Shown: one piece after another, positions 12,304-25,728 of the stretch
Numbering within the stretch: the stretch's first letter is position 1
How the letters are laid out: each line of letters begins with the position of its first letter
Source of the DNA: Lama glama
Taxonomy: Eukaryota
DNA length: 64,000 nt
Direction: 5' to 3'
Assembly (NCBI GenBank): GCA_028534125.1
Contig: CM052817.1
Span: 72,852,001 to 72,916,000 of the forward strand
Position numbers and translations under genes: made by a program
The notes under the pieces: model-generated
Told to the model about the DNA's origin: nothing
The model's database searches: none
Seen by the model: only the letters and a program-made list of their open reading frames with translations

Positions 12304-13533
12304 AACCTGACTCTAATTTTTAATGCCAGTATACTGCTAGGATGCAAATATTTAGACAATGTATTTGTATAGTTCCATTTCCTTATAAAATGATTTGCTC
12401 AATTACAGATAAATAAAAGATGGCCAGTTACTTAAAAAAAAATAAGAATAAAAATTGAAACCAATAAGTTAGGTAACAACTACATATACTATATTAATTC
12501 ACGTGGTTCTCGAATGTAATTTTTAGGAGTCAATGACTTACTTTTCCCCCATAAAAAAAAGCTCTTGACAAGCTCATCTTCACCAACCACATCTAAGTTT
12601 ACAACTTTACCAACAGTTTGTTGTGTTTTTTTGGGTAAAAAAAATCAGCCAAAAGAAATCAACCTATCAGCAATGAATAGATGGCTAAAAACAGCATTGT
12701 CACATGCATTCACTTCATTCTTTTTCTTTCTTCTTTTTTTTTTTTCAGATCTATTTTCTCTTTGCTTCAGATTATTCATCTAAACCAGTGTTACCTCTTA
12801 AACACAATTGTTCACAAAGTGTTGCTAATCATTTGAAAAGACTCAGGGTAAAAATGTCATAATCCATCTTGACTCTACTCACTATCTTAAGAAATCCATA
12901 GGATTATATGCCTATTCAGTTATTTAGGGAGTTAAACCCAGGCTTAGGTATAATAAAAGCTTGCTAAAATGTCTTTTGTCCTTTACTGGAATACAGAGTT
13001 TCACATGCAAAACAGAGAAGCAGGAAGCAATCACAGGAAGAGGAAAGATAGCACTACAAACTGAGAATAACCAGAACTTGTTCTCTTGTGTTTTGAGTTA
13101 GCCTCTGCTTTCCATACCTTGGGAGGCATCAAATTAAAAGAATGTGACTTGGACCACAAAAAAAAGAGTAACCACATAGATTTACAGGCATGCTCATAAG
13201 TCCATGTAGTTGCATAGCTCCAGGCAGAAGGTTTATGTTCATTTAAGAGTGGAAAATTTTCAAGTTCTTCCAGAAGCACCATCTGTTTCTACTGGCTGGT
13301 CTCAGTTTGAATTATTTATTACAGTAATCTCAGATTTATCAGGTTAACCTTTGGATTGCCTCCTAAAAATAACTATGGAATATTTACAATTTTTTGAGTA
13401 ATATAGTAGAATATAAAAATTAATTTTACCTTTTTATTGAAAGAACTTTAAGGTCTTTATCATAATTAAAAAAAAAGAAATATACATATAGTTTATTACA
13501 TTTAATAGGTTTGATCCCTACAGATATATAATT

Positions 13534-13552
13534 GGTCCACAAGATGGCGCTA
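13534..13552 (+). promoter_or_regulatory. Predicted CTCF binding site (contains a YY1-like AAGATGGCG core)
   Basis: ggtCCACAAGATGGCGCTA matches the CTCF core CCASYAGRKGGCRS at all but one position; CpG retained in AT-rich unique DNA. Confidence 0.6.
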
Positions 13553-16500
13553 AGGCAATTAAAATTTTTAAAATATTATTTGGTGCAATTTTAAATAACT
13601 TAAAAATAAAAATTTCCCACCACCAGTTATCACAAGATATCTGTCTTATCAGTCTGTTAATGAGAAATGGAAACAAAACAGAGTTTCCAAAATCAAAGCC
13701 AGGACTTTATAGGCTGACAAACAGCTAACTATGAATCTTTATGATCTGGTAAGTCTCAGTATCTTAAGAAAAATATAAGTGACTTCTTACAAGCAAAGTT
13801 AAAGATAAATGGCATGCTATGAAAGGATTAAATATAGAAACATTGGGAAAAATGCATTTCCAAAAGACAGCAAAGCTTTCCCTAGTGCAAAGTTACATTA
13901 ATCTCAATGGGAGTTATTTTTAAGAAATTGAAGGAGAAAATACAATTTTTCACATATTTAAGAACTCCACTTATACACTCTTGGGTTTTGTAGACTGCGA
14001 CAACGAACCTTTAACTAAAATTAGAGAAATAGAAAAAGCAGTTAAGAACTTAATTATCACCCCATATTGACTAGTCAATTTCCACCTTCTTAAACTAAGT
14101 CACAAAACTGGGTGTCTGCGGGCCATTAAAACAACCAGCCTAATTCAACTGCATTTTCTCAAGCTCTAACTTCAAGACCGCTCCTAACTGGCTGATGGTA
14201 TTAGAGAGCAGTGGAGGGTACAGACTGAAGTCCCTTCTAAATGAAGATATCAGCTTTTCTTTACTTATTCTGGTTTTGTTGAGGCTGTATATTTTGGCAT
14301 AAGATTTTCCCACACTCACACCAGTTCTTTTTCACCAGTATTTGGGACCAGCAAGAACTAAGAAGCATTTATTTCTCATTTTTCTTTGTTTGAAAGTGTC
14401 ACCTTAGTGATTATTAGCCATTTGTAATAGTGTGGATAAATTCTTCAGTTTGTTAGCACAAAGTTACACACGAAAGAATAAAATGGAGTACTAGCAGCTT
14501 TTGAAAGCAAAAAAAGCAACGTAGAAAAGAAGTCCAAGTCCCATAAGATCAATTTTATTCCTAATGGGAAACATTTCAGGGTATGAGTCATGTGCAACTT
14601 AGCTAGGAATTTTAAATCTTTAAATCTTAATCCTTTGAATCTTTATAGAGGAGAGCCCTTAAATGGAAAGCATTCCATACCTAACTCTTAAATGGCCTCC
14701 TTCAGATTAAAGTATAGCATTAATTACACGTGGCCATATTGAAATTCTGTATTACAGAACAAAATTTTCAGAATTAATTTCTTAATTACCAAATTAAGAG
14801 TCAATGGAGGGAGAAACATATTCCCTTCTCTGGGTTCACCTGCAGTTTGGTGGCTATATAGTAATATCTATAGCCATAAGGAAAAGGACATAATTGCAGC
14901 GTAGCCTTTCCATCTGTTATTTCTTTGTTCAACAAGCAATACTGTATCCCTAGATTATGCTGAAAACAAATGAAGCCAGACAGGAAACATGAGCCCAGAG
15001 TCTACTGCCCCAGCATTCATGGCTGAAGAGCAGCCCTGCCAAGAGGACTGGCTTAGGAAGATTGAGACAAATGCAGTTAAATATAACAGACACTATGAAT
15101 TTGACATATTGTATATTTGAGGGTGAATAAGACACCATCCTTGTCTTCAAAGACTTCATAACTTAGTTGGGAAATAGATATTTATACAAATAATTACAAT
15201 GGCTACCGTAATTGTACAGCCCATTGAAGTACAAGGAAGTAGGTCTGAGATGCAGTGGATGTAAGCCCCTAACTGTATGTCCACTACACTCAAACAAGAG
15301 TCATTTAGAACTGTTTTCCAAGCATTGTCTAAATATAATGGGTAACAAAGAAGAAGCATGAGGTCCTTAAAATGTCCTTATACTCAAGGTGCTGTTTTTC
15401 TAGCTTAGGCAAGAAAGCTAACATACAAAGAACATTGGACAGAGCCTTAGCAAAGATGTAAATTCAACTGATATTGTAATCCAGCAACTGTAAAATCTAT
15501 CTCTGTGTTTCATTTTCAACATCCCCAACCCCGTAGAGTTAACAAACAATAAAAGATCTCATACCATGATCACACACACCAAAAAACTGGAGAACAGTGA
15601 ATGTTAATCTGTCTAACACTGACTGTAAATTATAGATGCTCATAAAGGTAAAAATCTGTTTAAGCAGCAAGTCTAAGAACGAAGTTTAGAAGGGAGGCAA
15701 TTTAGCTTGTTGTCCTTTCTACTCTGTTGAAGCTGTACTTTCAGGGTCTATAATGAGTTCTTGAAGGTTCAGAGATTTTTCTGGTTTATATCATGCTTTA
15801 CCTTTTGTTAGGTCATTCTTTCTCCATTTCCTCACCATACCCAGCCAGACACCAAACCCTTCAGCTACCACCAGTGTCTCTTATACCCATTCCTTCTTTT
15901 CCATTCACAATTTCATGTGTTATTAACAGGATACAGAATCCTCATCTTTTATTACAAAAGCAAAGGGAAGAAGTCACCTGTTTCTCTGCCTAACAGCAGT
16001 CAAGACATAAACAGATGACCTACTCCCAGCCAGTTATATGCTTCCACTTCACACTAGGAGGAATGACAAACAAACATGTTCCAGTCATATGACTTCTTGT
16101 CTCAAGAATCCATCAGTGATGCCCATTAAGGTGTTTCCTGTTAAGTATAAATTTCTTGGGCTAATATTCCAGATTTTCCAGATCCTTCTTGTCTACAATT
16201 GGACTAGTTAAGAGCTGGAATTAGGGTTCAAATGTCAGGTCTGTCCAACAGAAAAGCCATGTTCTATCCATATATCCCACTGTCTTTTTGACAAATGTTA
16301 CCTATGGCATCTACTGAATGAATCAGTCAAAAAAGAATTACTGGTTTGGGCAGATGTGTTTTTATTTTACCCTACAATCCAGGGAACTGATATAATAGTC
16401 ACAAGATGTGTCTTAAATTTTCTAAACATGTCTTTCAAATGAGAATTTACTCTTTCATTGTGAAGGTGTCATGGGAACTTTTAATATTAAGAAGCCTTTT

Positions 16501-18174
16501 CATCTCCTTTAAGGAAAACAAGCAACTAGAAAAATCAGCAACAGTAAAGAAGTAGTGTACTTGTCTAACCTGGTTCATGAAATTGATTTTGTTTTTTTTT
16601 TATAAAAGTCTTTAAATCACAAAGTAATAACAGGCATATAAAAATGTCCAAATGTTTTAATTGAATGATTTTATTGAAAATTCACCACTAATTTATTAAA
16701 GAATTAGAAAGAAATCCTAGATAGCATTGGAAAAGGTGTGTAGAGAATAGTAACAATCATTTCTAAACTAAAACTACAAAATCCAGCACAATTCATTCAG
16801 GGGAATATAAAAATATACATTACAATTGGCTGGTCCGTCCTTGAGTGGAACTCTGCTCTGAGATACCATTCTTGCCAACAGAGAAGAACAATGAAGCTAC
16901 AGAGGAAAAGAATACAGGGAGGGGAAAGATTATATTTAGGTGGACCATATTTTAAGTTAATGATGGTATAAATAAAATAATAATTGTAACTCACAATTTA
17001 TAGGTCCTCTTAGTCTTTATGTTTGGTTAGGATCCTAATTCTAGGTGAAATATTTGCAATTAAGGAATGAATAATTCAGTAGGTGATTTTAGAAAAAAAT
17101 TTTTTTTCATGAAAAAATTCTTCCATTGTTAGAGAGTGATTCCAGAGCACTAGAAGTTAGCCAGATAGATTAAGGACAGAAAGAGATAGATGATAGGAAA
17201 TGATAGCTAGATAGCTATTCAGATAAATTGAAAGTTTTCTGATATGGTGTTAAAAATAACACTAATTTTCCTGGGCGTAGTTTCCAGTATATAAACATTG
17301 GTGAAACTTGAGAAATTCTGCAATATATCTCAAGGCAACAGAAAACCACTGACTGGTCCCCAGTGTAAAGAGAGTTTAAGTCATGTCATTACTTATTAAA
17401 ATTGTATAAAGCACCTGTCAGCAGCATTAAAACACCTACACTAAGTAATTACTGGTACCGGTTTACAACACTCCAGGATTTCTCTACTAATCTTGAAGAC
17501 TGTCATGAAATTATCAAAACAAACATCCTTAATTTTTTAAAAATATGTCTTCAGACTCTGCAAAAGAAATCAAGGAATATAGACAAATAAGTAAAAGAAT
17601 TTTGCACTCCAATATTGCAGGAAATCAACAATTTTTACGTATTATAACTAAGCAAATTGATGGATGGCTACAAGTCAGTGAATTACTCCTTGTATCTATA
17701 GAAAGATCATTTGCCTGATGCTATAGCTCCATCCAGTGGTAGTTAATGCTAACCTAGACCAGCAGGACTCCCGCCAAATAAGACCAAAGGAAAAGAACAA
17801 AGATGCTCACAGTGGGGAAGGCACTTCTGCAAATGGTCAGGTTCCAACCACAGTAGAACTGCCTTGTACCAACAGGCGTTATTTTAGAGTATTCAGAGAG
17901 TCTCAAAGCTGAAAGACCATTTAAAATGAGGAAACTAAATCGTTCAAGACACCACAATTATGTCTACAATGCATAAAGAATCTAGTGGAAAGTGAAAAAT
18001 TAAGTCAACTGTCCAGATATTTGACTCTACAGAAATAAGAACTCTGGAACTGACTTTTCCACTGTATATTCTTGGGTAACTTACGTATAATCTGAGATTA
18101 GAATCTGAGCACTCTGCTTTCGTTGTGTTTGCTCTAACTGATTTCCATGACATTTCTTGTGAAATGTGGCTCTC

Positions 18175-18290
18175 TTTGGTATGTAAGTTCAGTGAAAGAA
18201 GAATCTGTCTGGTTCACAGCTGTATCTCAGCCTCAAAACAGAGCCTGTTGCACATTATATTTTTAAAAAATATTTATTGAACTAATGAAG
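18175..18290 (+). mobile_element. L2 3' tail
   Basis: atgtaagttcagtgaaag...gtctggttcacagctgtatctcagc...gcctgttgcacat...aatatttattgaactaatgaa. Confidence 0.65.
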
Positions 18291-18324
18291 AAATGTGTTT
18301 CCTTCGACAATACTTTAGAGATGT

Positions 18325-18470
18325 AGTCTTTTACTCATGTTCACAAATACCTTCGAGAACCTGATAAAAGCAATAAACCCTTTCTTTCCAAATATGCATA
18401 TATGATTATGCACACAGTTTCCAGGGCTTCTTGGACTGTCACTCGTGTTTATGGACCACAGGTTAAGGAG
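18325..18470. mobile_element. Degenerate hAT-Charlie-type MITE
   Basis: ccttcgagaacctgataaaagcaat...atggaccacaggttaagga resembles a Charlie-type MITE end. Confidence 0.45.
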
Positions 18471-19104
18471 TTTGGCTCCAAAAAGAACATTAAGACCAAC
18501 TTCACAGTTGGGGAATTGAGATGGTCAATTGCATGCATTATTTTTGCCTGTGTTGCTTCAGTTATTATTGTCTCAGACCTCGATCTGAGAAAAGCTGGAT
18601 TTATTGATGGTGAAACTAAAACTAATGGGGTTGGGAGGAATCAGTTCTATTTGAAAGTCATACTGAACATCAAAAAATATATAAAAAGAACACAGAAAAA
18701 AATATTTATTTAAGAACATAGAACATTCAGTCTACTCTCAACCATCCCCTTCCTACTCTTCACAGACACGTGCACAAAGTGATCATAATGATCACTAAAA
18801 AGAATGAGACTCACCAGCTCCACAGGCCCTAAAGAAGGCACTACTGGAATTTTACCCTCATCCTGCCAGAAAGGCCAAGTCAGTGCCTAGACATTTCCCC
18901 ACAAAGCAATAATTCTGCTGTCAAAATGCCTTAAGGTCAACTGTGTCCCAGATCTGGGCTCTAAAATCTTTATTGCACCAGTAGTTGTACAACCTCCCTT
19001 TTCTGTGGCCTAGGTTTGCAACCTTTCCTTACCTTCAACTTTGTGATACAACATAAGAATGTCTCAATTATTCTCTCCTGGAGTGTTCCTATGAGTAGAC
19101 CTCA

Positions 19105-19515
19105 TTTTGGGTCACAACCTTAGGAGTCCCTGGGGGAAATGTGAAACTAGCCTCTCCCACTCTCATACACAAAGAGCAGGAAGAGACCAAAGAAAGAGGC
19201 AACCAGTCCAGATTGATAGGTGGCAGGCAAGTAAACAAAGGGACTTACTTATGAGGGCTGCCTTGGGCGGCTACAAATAAATCTGCATTCACCCATGAGA
19301 ACCTTAAAAGTTTAAATAAAGGTTTTAATGGGTTCAGTCATATGTATCATTTAGATGGTTTCAACAACACATTACTCTCTAAAGGCTGCATCCTTGAAGC
19401 AGCTGCTAGTACAGGAATGGTAGGCAAGCCATTAATTCCAAGGACAGGAAAGGGGAGTAGAGTCTAGCTCCCAAGTCAACCAGCAGTCATGCCCTCTCAA
19501 TGACCTCCTCCAACA
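19105..19515 (-). mobile_element. Solo LTR, probably ERVL (MER74/MER88-like group)
   Basis: Minus strand starts TGTTGGAGGAGGTCATT and contains CAAGGATGCAGCCTTTAGAGAGTAATGTGTTGTTGA and CCTGCCACCTATCAATCTGGACTGG; ~410 bp. Confidence 0.6.
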
Positions 19516-19624
19516 CCTGGCCATAGCCCATGACAGCCATCTACTTTAATTCAACTGAACCATTATTTAGTGATACCTCTTACATCCCAGACTCTCTACT
19601 AAACATTACAGGGATGGGGAAAAA

Positions 19625-20170
19625 ATGGCCCAGTAATTTTACTCCTATGAATGTACCTAAGAAAACTGAAAATGTAGTCACACAAAAATTTGTTCATAGT
19701 AATAATATTCATAATAGCCAAAAAGTAGAAACAACCCAAATGTTCATCAACTGATGAATGGCCAAGCATGTGGTAAATTGATACAGTGGAATACTTATTC
19801 AGCGATAAAAAGAAATAAAGTATTAATGCATGCTACAACATGGATTAATCTTGAAACACACCAAGTGAAAGAAGCTAAATGCAGAAGGCCACATTGTTTG
19901 ATAAAATTTACATGAAATGTCTACGTCGGATAAATCCATACAGATGACAGTAGGTCAATGGTTGCCAGAAAATATAGGAGGGGAGGAATTAGGACTAACT
20001 GCTAATCAATATGGGATTTTTCAGGGGGGGGATTAAGGAAGGGAATGGGAAAGTTCTGGGATTAGATAGTGGTGATGGTTGCACAACATAGTAAATATAG
20101 TAAAAACAACTGAAGTATACACCTTAAGATGATGAATTTTATGTTGTGTGAAGTATATCTCAATTGAATA
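19625..20170 (+). mobile_element. L1MB-like 3' end
   Basis: ataatagccaaaaagtagaaacaacccaaatgttcatcaactgatgaatgg...gatagtggtgatggttgcacaaca...tatatctcaat. Confidence 0.85.
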
Positions 20171-20194
20171 ATGCCATTAAAAAGTCAGGCTAGT

Positions 20195-20380
20195 CAGCAT
20201 CTGGTGAGGATGGTAATTGGGAAGGGGCACACAGCAGGTTGGGGGAACTGGTAGCATTTTACTTCTTGATTTGGGTGGTGGTTATACAGGTATTTGCTTT
20301 AAAATAATTTATTAACCCATGTATTTATATTTATGCACAATTCTGGTTGTATGTTACAACTCACAACAGAAATTTTTAAG
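20195..20380 (+). mobile_element. Old L1 (L1ME-like) 3'UTR fragment
   Basis: ttcttgatttgggtggtggttatacaggt...tttatgcacaattctggttgtatgttac. Confidence 0.65.
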
Positions 20381-20397
20381 AGAAATAAAGTAGATGA

Positions 20398-21763
20398 CAG
20401 CAACCCACGCACTTATAGTCAATTAATCTATGATGAAGGAGGCAGGAATAAACAATGGAGAAAACACAGTCTCTTCAACAAATGGTGCCATGAAAACTGG
20501 ATAGCTACATGTAAAAGAATAAAAGTAGAACATTTTCTAACACATATACAAAAATAAACTCAAAATGGATGAAAGACCTAAATGTAAGACTGAAAGCCAC
20601 AAAACTCCTAGAAGAAAATAGAGACAGAGCACTCTGACATACATTGTAGCAATATTCTTTTGGATCTGTCTCCTAAGGCAAAGGAAACAAAAGCAAAAAT
20701 AATCAAATGGGACTTAATTAAACTTTAAAGCTTTTGCACAGCAAAGGAAACCATCAACAAAGCAAAAAGACAACTTATGGAACAGGAGAAAACATCTGCA
20801 AATGATAATGACTAACAAAGGGTTAATACTCAAGATATATAAACAGCTCATACAACTCAACATCAAAAAAACAAAAACCTAATTAAAAATGGGTAGAAGA
20901 CCTGAATAGACATTTTTCTAAAGACGACATATACATGGCCAACAGGCATGTGAAAAGATGCTCAACATTGCTAAGCATCAGAGAAATACAAATAAAACCC
21001 ACAATGAGATATCATCTCACACCTGTCAAATGGCTAGCATCAAAAAGACCACGAATAATAAGCAGAGAAAGGGGAACACTTGTACACTGTTGGTGAAAAA
21101 GCAAATTGCTACAACCACTATGGAAAACAATATAGAAGTTCCTCAAAAAAATAAAAATCAAACTACCATATAATCCAGCAATTCCACCCCTGGATTTATA
21201 TCTTAAGAAAATGAAAACTTTAATTCAAAAGCATATGCACGCCAATGTTCATAGCAGCATTATTTACAATATCCAAGATGTGGAATCAACCTCAGTGTCC
21301 ATCAACTGATGAGTGGATATACATACAATGAAATAGTTCTCAGACATATCAAAGAATGAAACTTTGCCATTTACAATCACGTGGATGGACTTGGAGGGTA
21401 TTACGCTAGTGAAATAAGTCACACTGAGAAAGACAAATACTGTATGATGTCATTTTTATGTGCAATCTAAAAAGTAAAACAAATGAATGAATATAACAAA
21501 AAAGAATCAGACTAGAGAACAAAGTAGTGGTTACCAGTGGGGAGAGGGGAGGGGGAAGGAGCAAGATAGGGATGGGGGATTAAGAGGAACAAATTATGTA
21601 TGAAATAAATAAGCTACAAGGATATATTGTACACCACAAGGAATACAGCCAATATTTTATAATAAATAAATGGAGTACAACCTTAAACAATTGTGAATCA
21701 CTATGTTGTACACCTGAAAGTTATATAATATTGTAAATCAACTATACTTCAATTTAAAAAAAA
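20398..21763 (+). mobile_element. 5'-truncated younger L1 (ORF2 C-terminus, 3'UTR and A tail)
   Basis: ORF NPRTYSQLIYDEGGRNKQWRKHSLFNKWCHENWIATCKR; ends ttgtaaatcaactatacttcaattt followed by an A run. Confidence 0.92.
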
Positions 21764-22350
21764 CAATTTTATCAAGAACAGGGAAAAAATGTAAGAGCTA
21801 GTAAACTAATATCTATATGGCATTGTTTCTAAAAAGAAATTAACAAAATTAACATGGGATTTCATTTCTTTGGAAAGGAGATTAATAAATATATACTTAA
21901 GGCAGTGAATTTTTATGCTTACTATATGTACTGGTATTATTATATATTCTTACATTTCAAATAGGTATCTTAAAAGATGTGCATTTTGGGGGAAAGAATT
22001 ATTTAAAACTGAAGTAAAATCAGAGAAATAAAGATCATATATAAATAGAAAACACCTTAAAAATTTACAAATAATAAAAAGGTAATGATACCCTTTCATG
22101 AAAAGTAAAAACAATGACAAATTAATTTGTCACTAAAGAGTTTTGTGGACTGTGATAAAAATCATCAGAGAACTAGACAGAATTTTGTTCGAAAAATAAA
22201 CACTTTAAAATTATCTGTAATATATTCAACTTGTATTCTTTGCCCACTCACTTTTCTCCTTTTTCCCTTTTTTTCTCCTTCTTCTCCCCCTCCTTCTCCT
22301 ATTGTCATTTCATATTAAATGGGTGCAAAAAGGGAAGCAGAATAAAGCTG

Positions 22351-22519
22351 AATAAAGAAAAAAAGAATACAGAATTTCACGGGGTAAAAAACCACTCAGT
22401 TTCACCATTTCATGACTTTAAATAATGTGTGTAATTCATAAAAGGCTCTTGTAAATCAAATTATTTTAAATGTTCTAAAACAGCTGCATAAAAGGATACT
22501 TAAGAATAATGTATCTTTC
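22351..22519 (+). repeat. Diverged direct repeat, copy 1 (~170 bp)
   Basis: Aligns to 22838-23010, e.g. cactcagtttcaccatttcatgac vs cactcaatttcatcatttcatgac. Confidence 0.8.
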
Positions 22520-22596
22520 CAAATACCAGAGTTCTATTATAGTTCAAATAAATATTTCCAAATTTCATACCACATATTATTTATAATTTTCACCTT

Positions 22597-22805
22597 AGAA
22601 GGCAGCAGATAATGTAATAATTATGAACTATCACTCTCAAATCAAAATATTGTTTTATATCCTAGCTACATCATCAATGAGCTGTGTGATTTGGGGCAAC
22701 ATAATTAGCCTATCTGTGCTTCATTCTCCTTGCCTATAAAAAGGGGATGAAAAGAATACATACTTCATTGGGTTTTTGTGAGGAATAAGTGAACTAAATA
22801 TGTGT
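22597..22805 (+). mobile_element. MIR SINE between the two direct-repeat copies
   Basis: atcctagctac...gctgtgtgatttggggcaac...ctataaaaaggggatga...tttttgtgaggaataagtga. Confidence 0.75.
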
Positions 22806-22837
22806 GTGTTTATGGGTGAGTGTATGTGCAGAAAAAA

Positions 22838-23010
22838 AATAAAGAGAAAAATGAATAAAGACTTCCAAGGGGAAAAAATTCACTCAATTTCATCATTTCA
22901 TGACATTAAGTAATGAGTAGAATTCATAAGACTCTTGTAAGTCAAAATACTTCAAATATTCTGGATGAGTAACTGCATAAAGGAATACTTAAAAATTGTG
23001 TATGTCTCTC
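22838..23010 (+). repeat. Diverged direct repeat, copy 2 (~170 bp)
   Basis: Aligns to 22351-22519, e.g. ctgcataaaggaatacttaa vs ctgcataaaaggatacttaa. Confidence 0.8.
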
Positions 23011-23609
23011 TGCAGAGAGTTTTACACAATAAAATTTCTGCACATAATCAGTAATAGTAGAACTAGCAGTAATAACATCAATTACATGATATACTATATA
23101 TCTTTCCCTAAGAAGTTTACCATTTCTAAGAATGTATGAAAAAAATAAATCCTTCTTACCTGAGAACCTCTTTCCAATCAAAAAGCAAACCAAGATAAAA
23201 TAGCCTTTAAATCTAAACCCTTTTACTTAGCTATTAATGCAGCTTAATTTATCAATATATTGGAAATATACCAGGCTCTGTCTATGCAGAGCATCATATT
23301 TTCTCTTGGGTACTGACACTAACAGAATTGCAAAAAAAAAAAAAAAAAAAGAAGGAAGAAAAAGAAATTTACTCCTTATACTCTTGCATGGTAACTAAAA
23401 GCTAAAATTTGGTGAGATGGTAGACCCACAGAACACACACCTCATTCTCTATCTCATAATACATGAAAAACAACACTTTTACTTGATCATTACTTCCTGA
23501 TGTACCTAGTTCTATAATTAATTCCAAAAGTCCCACATGTTCAAACAGTGCTTTGTGTTTATTCTCTCATGTGGGTACAATCTGTTTTACTCACTGAAGC
23601 CAAAGAGTG

Positions 23610-23642
<33 letters not shown>

Positions 23643-23659
23643 GGAAAAAGGGGGGAAAT

Positions 23660-24190
23660 GTCTGATTATGAAACTTACCTGCTTAAAATCCTTCAACACG
23701 TCCACATTGTTTTGGAGTAAGAAGCTAAGTCTTGGCCACCACCTTCAAGGCCCTGGATGATTTGGTCCCAACCTCTTTTCTAGCCTCATGACCACTATCC
23801 CCTTTGATCGCTGAGCCTCAGTCCCCAAACCAGCTTTCAGTTCTTTGTATTCAACCATCAAATATGCTGCTCCCTCTGCAATATTTTTCTCCCTCCCCTC
23901 TTCTATCCCCTACTATTTTTATATGCCTCTATGCATTCTTCAAGTCTCAGTTTAAATGTCTCTTCCTCTAGGACCAGGTTATATCCTCACATCATTATCT
24001 CACAGCACTCCATGCTTCTCCTTCATAGCACTTAGCACAATTGAAGTCAAGTATTTGTGCAAGTGTTTGTCTAATATTTCTTTCACCTACTAGATTGTAA
24101 GCTCCATGAAAACAGCAAGCCTAAGTGTCTGAGTTGCTACTGTATCCCAGCATCTAACCTGGTACATGTTGCTAAATAAATAAATACATA
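23660..24190 (+). mobile_element. L2 3' portion
   Basis: cctgcttaaaatccttcaa...ttcaaggccctggatgat...ctagattgtaagctccatga...tgtatcccagcatct. Confidence 0.8.
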
Positions 24191-25140
24191 AGTGGAATTT
24201 CATATTTTTATTCCCTTGTATTCCCTTAAGTTAAAACCCAAGAAATTTTATGATGAATTTAAATGCCAAATAAGACACCTGACATGCATACGTAGCCTAG
24301 GACAGTGCAGGCTCCATAAACATTTATTGCTTAATAAATATTGAACAATATTATTATGAGTCAATACCTGGCCATAAAGTTATCAAACATTTACTGCAAA
24401 TTTATACCATTCTTAATCTCTCCTGAAATATTGGATTTTCATAAGTAAGAGGAATATTTAAATAGAAGTCCTTTATTTTAATATCTCTGGCATTTATTCA
24501 AAACATAATTCTGTAGCAATGAAACCATCATGGCCCATATCACAGGCTTGGAGTGCATGTTTAGTCACGTCTTGGATTTTTCCACTGACTCACTCTTCCA
24601 CCTACCTTCATTAACAGAAGGTCCATTATCTCTCTCTTGAGACCTAACCTTTCCACTCTAAGCCCAGAGGCTTACTCTAAATGTCTGGCTGATGGAAAAA
24701 AAAACAAGAATGCCTCTGCGGCCCAGCTGTTGTTTCTTTCACTCCCTCAAGGTGTCACGGTTTAAAACGAGGTCTTCACAATCTGATGGATGCAAGTCTT
24801 TAACCTGCAGCAAAATCCTTTCCAATCTTAATGCCTGCATAACTCCACACTTGAATGTAAATTCATAGCTCTTTAATTTCCTATTCAGATGCTCAGTCTT
24901 TTTCCCCAAAGCAGGACAATTAAGTCAGAGTGGCTGAGTCTAGAGGGGTTTACATGCTGTGCCATAACCAGCCCATTTGTGACCCAAGTTCAAATATGTC
25001 TCCTTGACATGTTTTGTTTATACACACTGTGAAAATTCAAAAAAAAAAGAGAGCAGAATTCCCAGTGTCTCTTGAGTAATATTACAATAGTGAGGTCATA
25101 TCTGAGACAGAGACAACCTTCTGGAACTGAGTTGTAGATG

Positions 25141-25442
25141 CAGGCATCCTTCAGTATCTGGGGGGGAATTCATTCCGCACTCCTGCAGATACCAAAATCT
25201 TTGGGTCCTCAAGTCCCTTATACAAAATGGCATGCACCTATGCACATTCTCCTGCATACTTTAAATCACCTATAATAGATTACTTATAATACTTAATACA
25301 ATGTAAATACTATGTAATTAGTTGCTAGCCCTGGCAAATTCAAGTTTTGCTTTTGGGAAATTTCTGGCATTATTTTGTCGAGTATTTTCGACCCATGTTT
25401 GGTTGAATTCTTGGATGTGGAACCTGCCTATAGAGTGGGCTA
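25141..25442 (+). mobile_element. MER2-like Tigger MITE
   Basis: caggcatccttcagtatc...gataccaaaatc...ctcaagtcccttata...ttggttgaattcttggatgtggaacc; homologous to 48679-49021. Confidence 0.8.
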
Positions 25443-25728
25443 CATCCTACATGTCAGGTTACACAAGGCAAGCACTTCACCTTACATACTTTGACGTTGG
25501 CTGCTAACTGTCATTCAATTTATGGTGCCTATTCTAGGCCTTGATGGTTAACCAAAGTCAACAATCCAGATTTCTCCCCTCTTCCCACAAGTTTCCCTTT
25601 GTGGACCTGTGGGTCCTTATCTGCCCTCAGATGTCAGTCAGGCCACTTTTGTCCATCAGAGAGGTCTTGAGGCCTTCCCCCTCGGAAGACTCATTGACTC
25701 ACAACCATCTAGTAACAAGCTCAGCAGG

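Noticed and set aside
12711..12770. Strong plus-strand splice acceptor (long T tract then cag)
   Set aside because: No open frame or nearby donor; T tracts are common in this composition.
17724..17739. Minus-strand CTCF-like CCACTGGATGGAGCTA
   Set aside because: Two mismatches at informative core positions; too weak without ChIP data.
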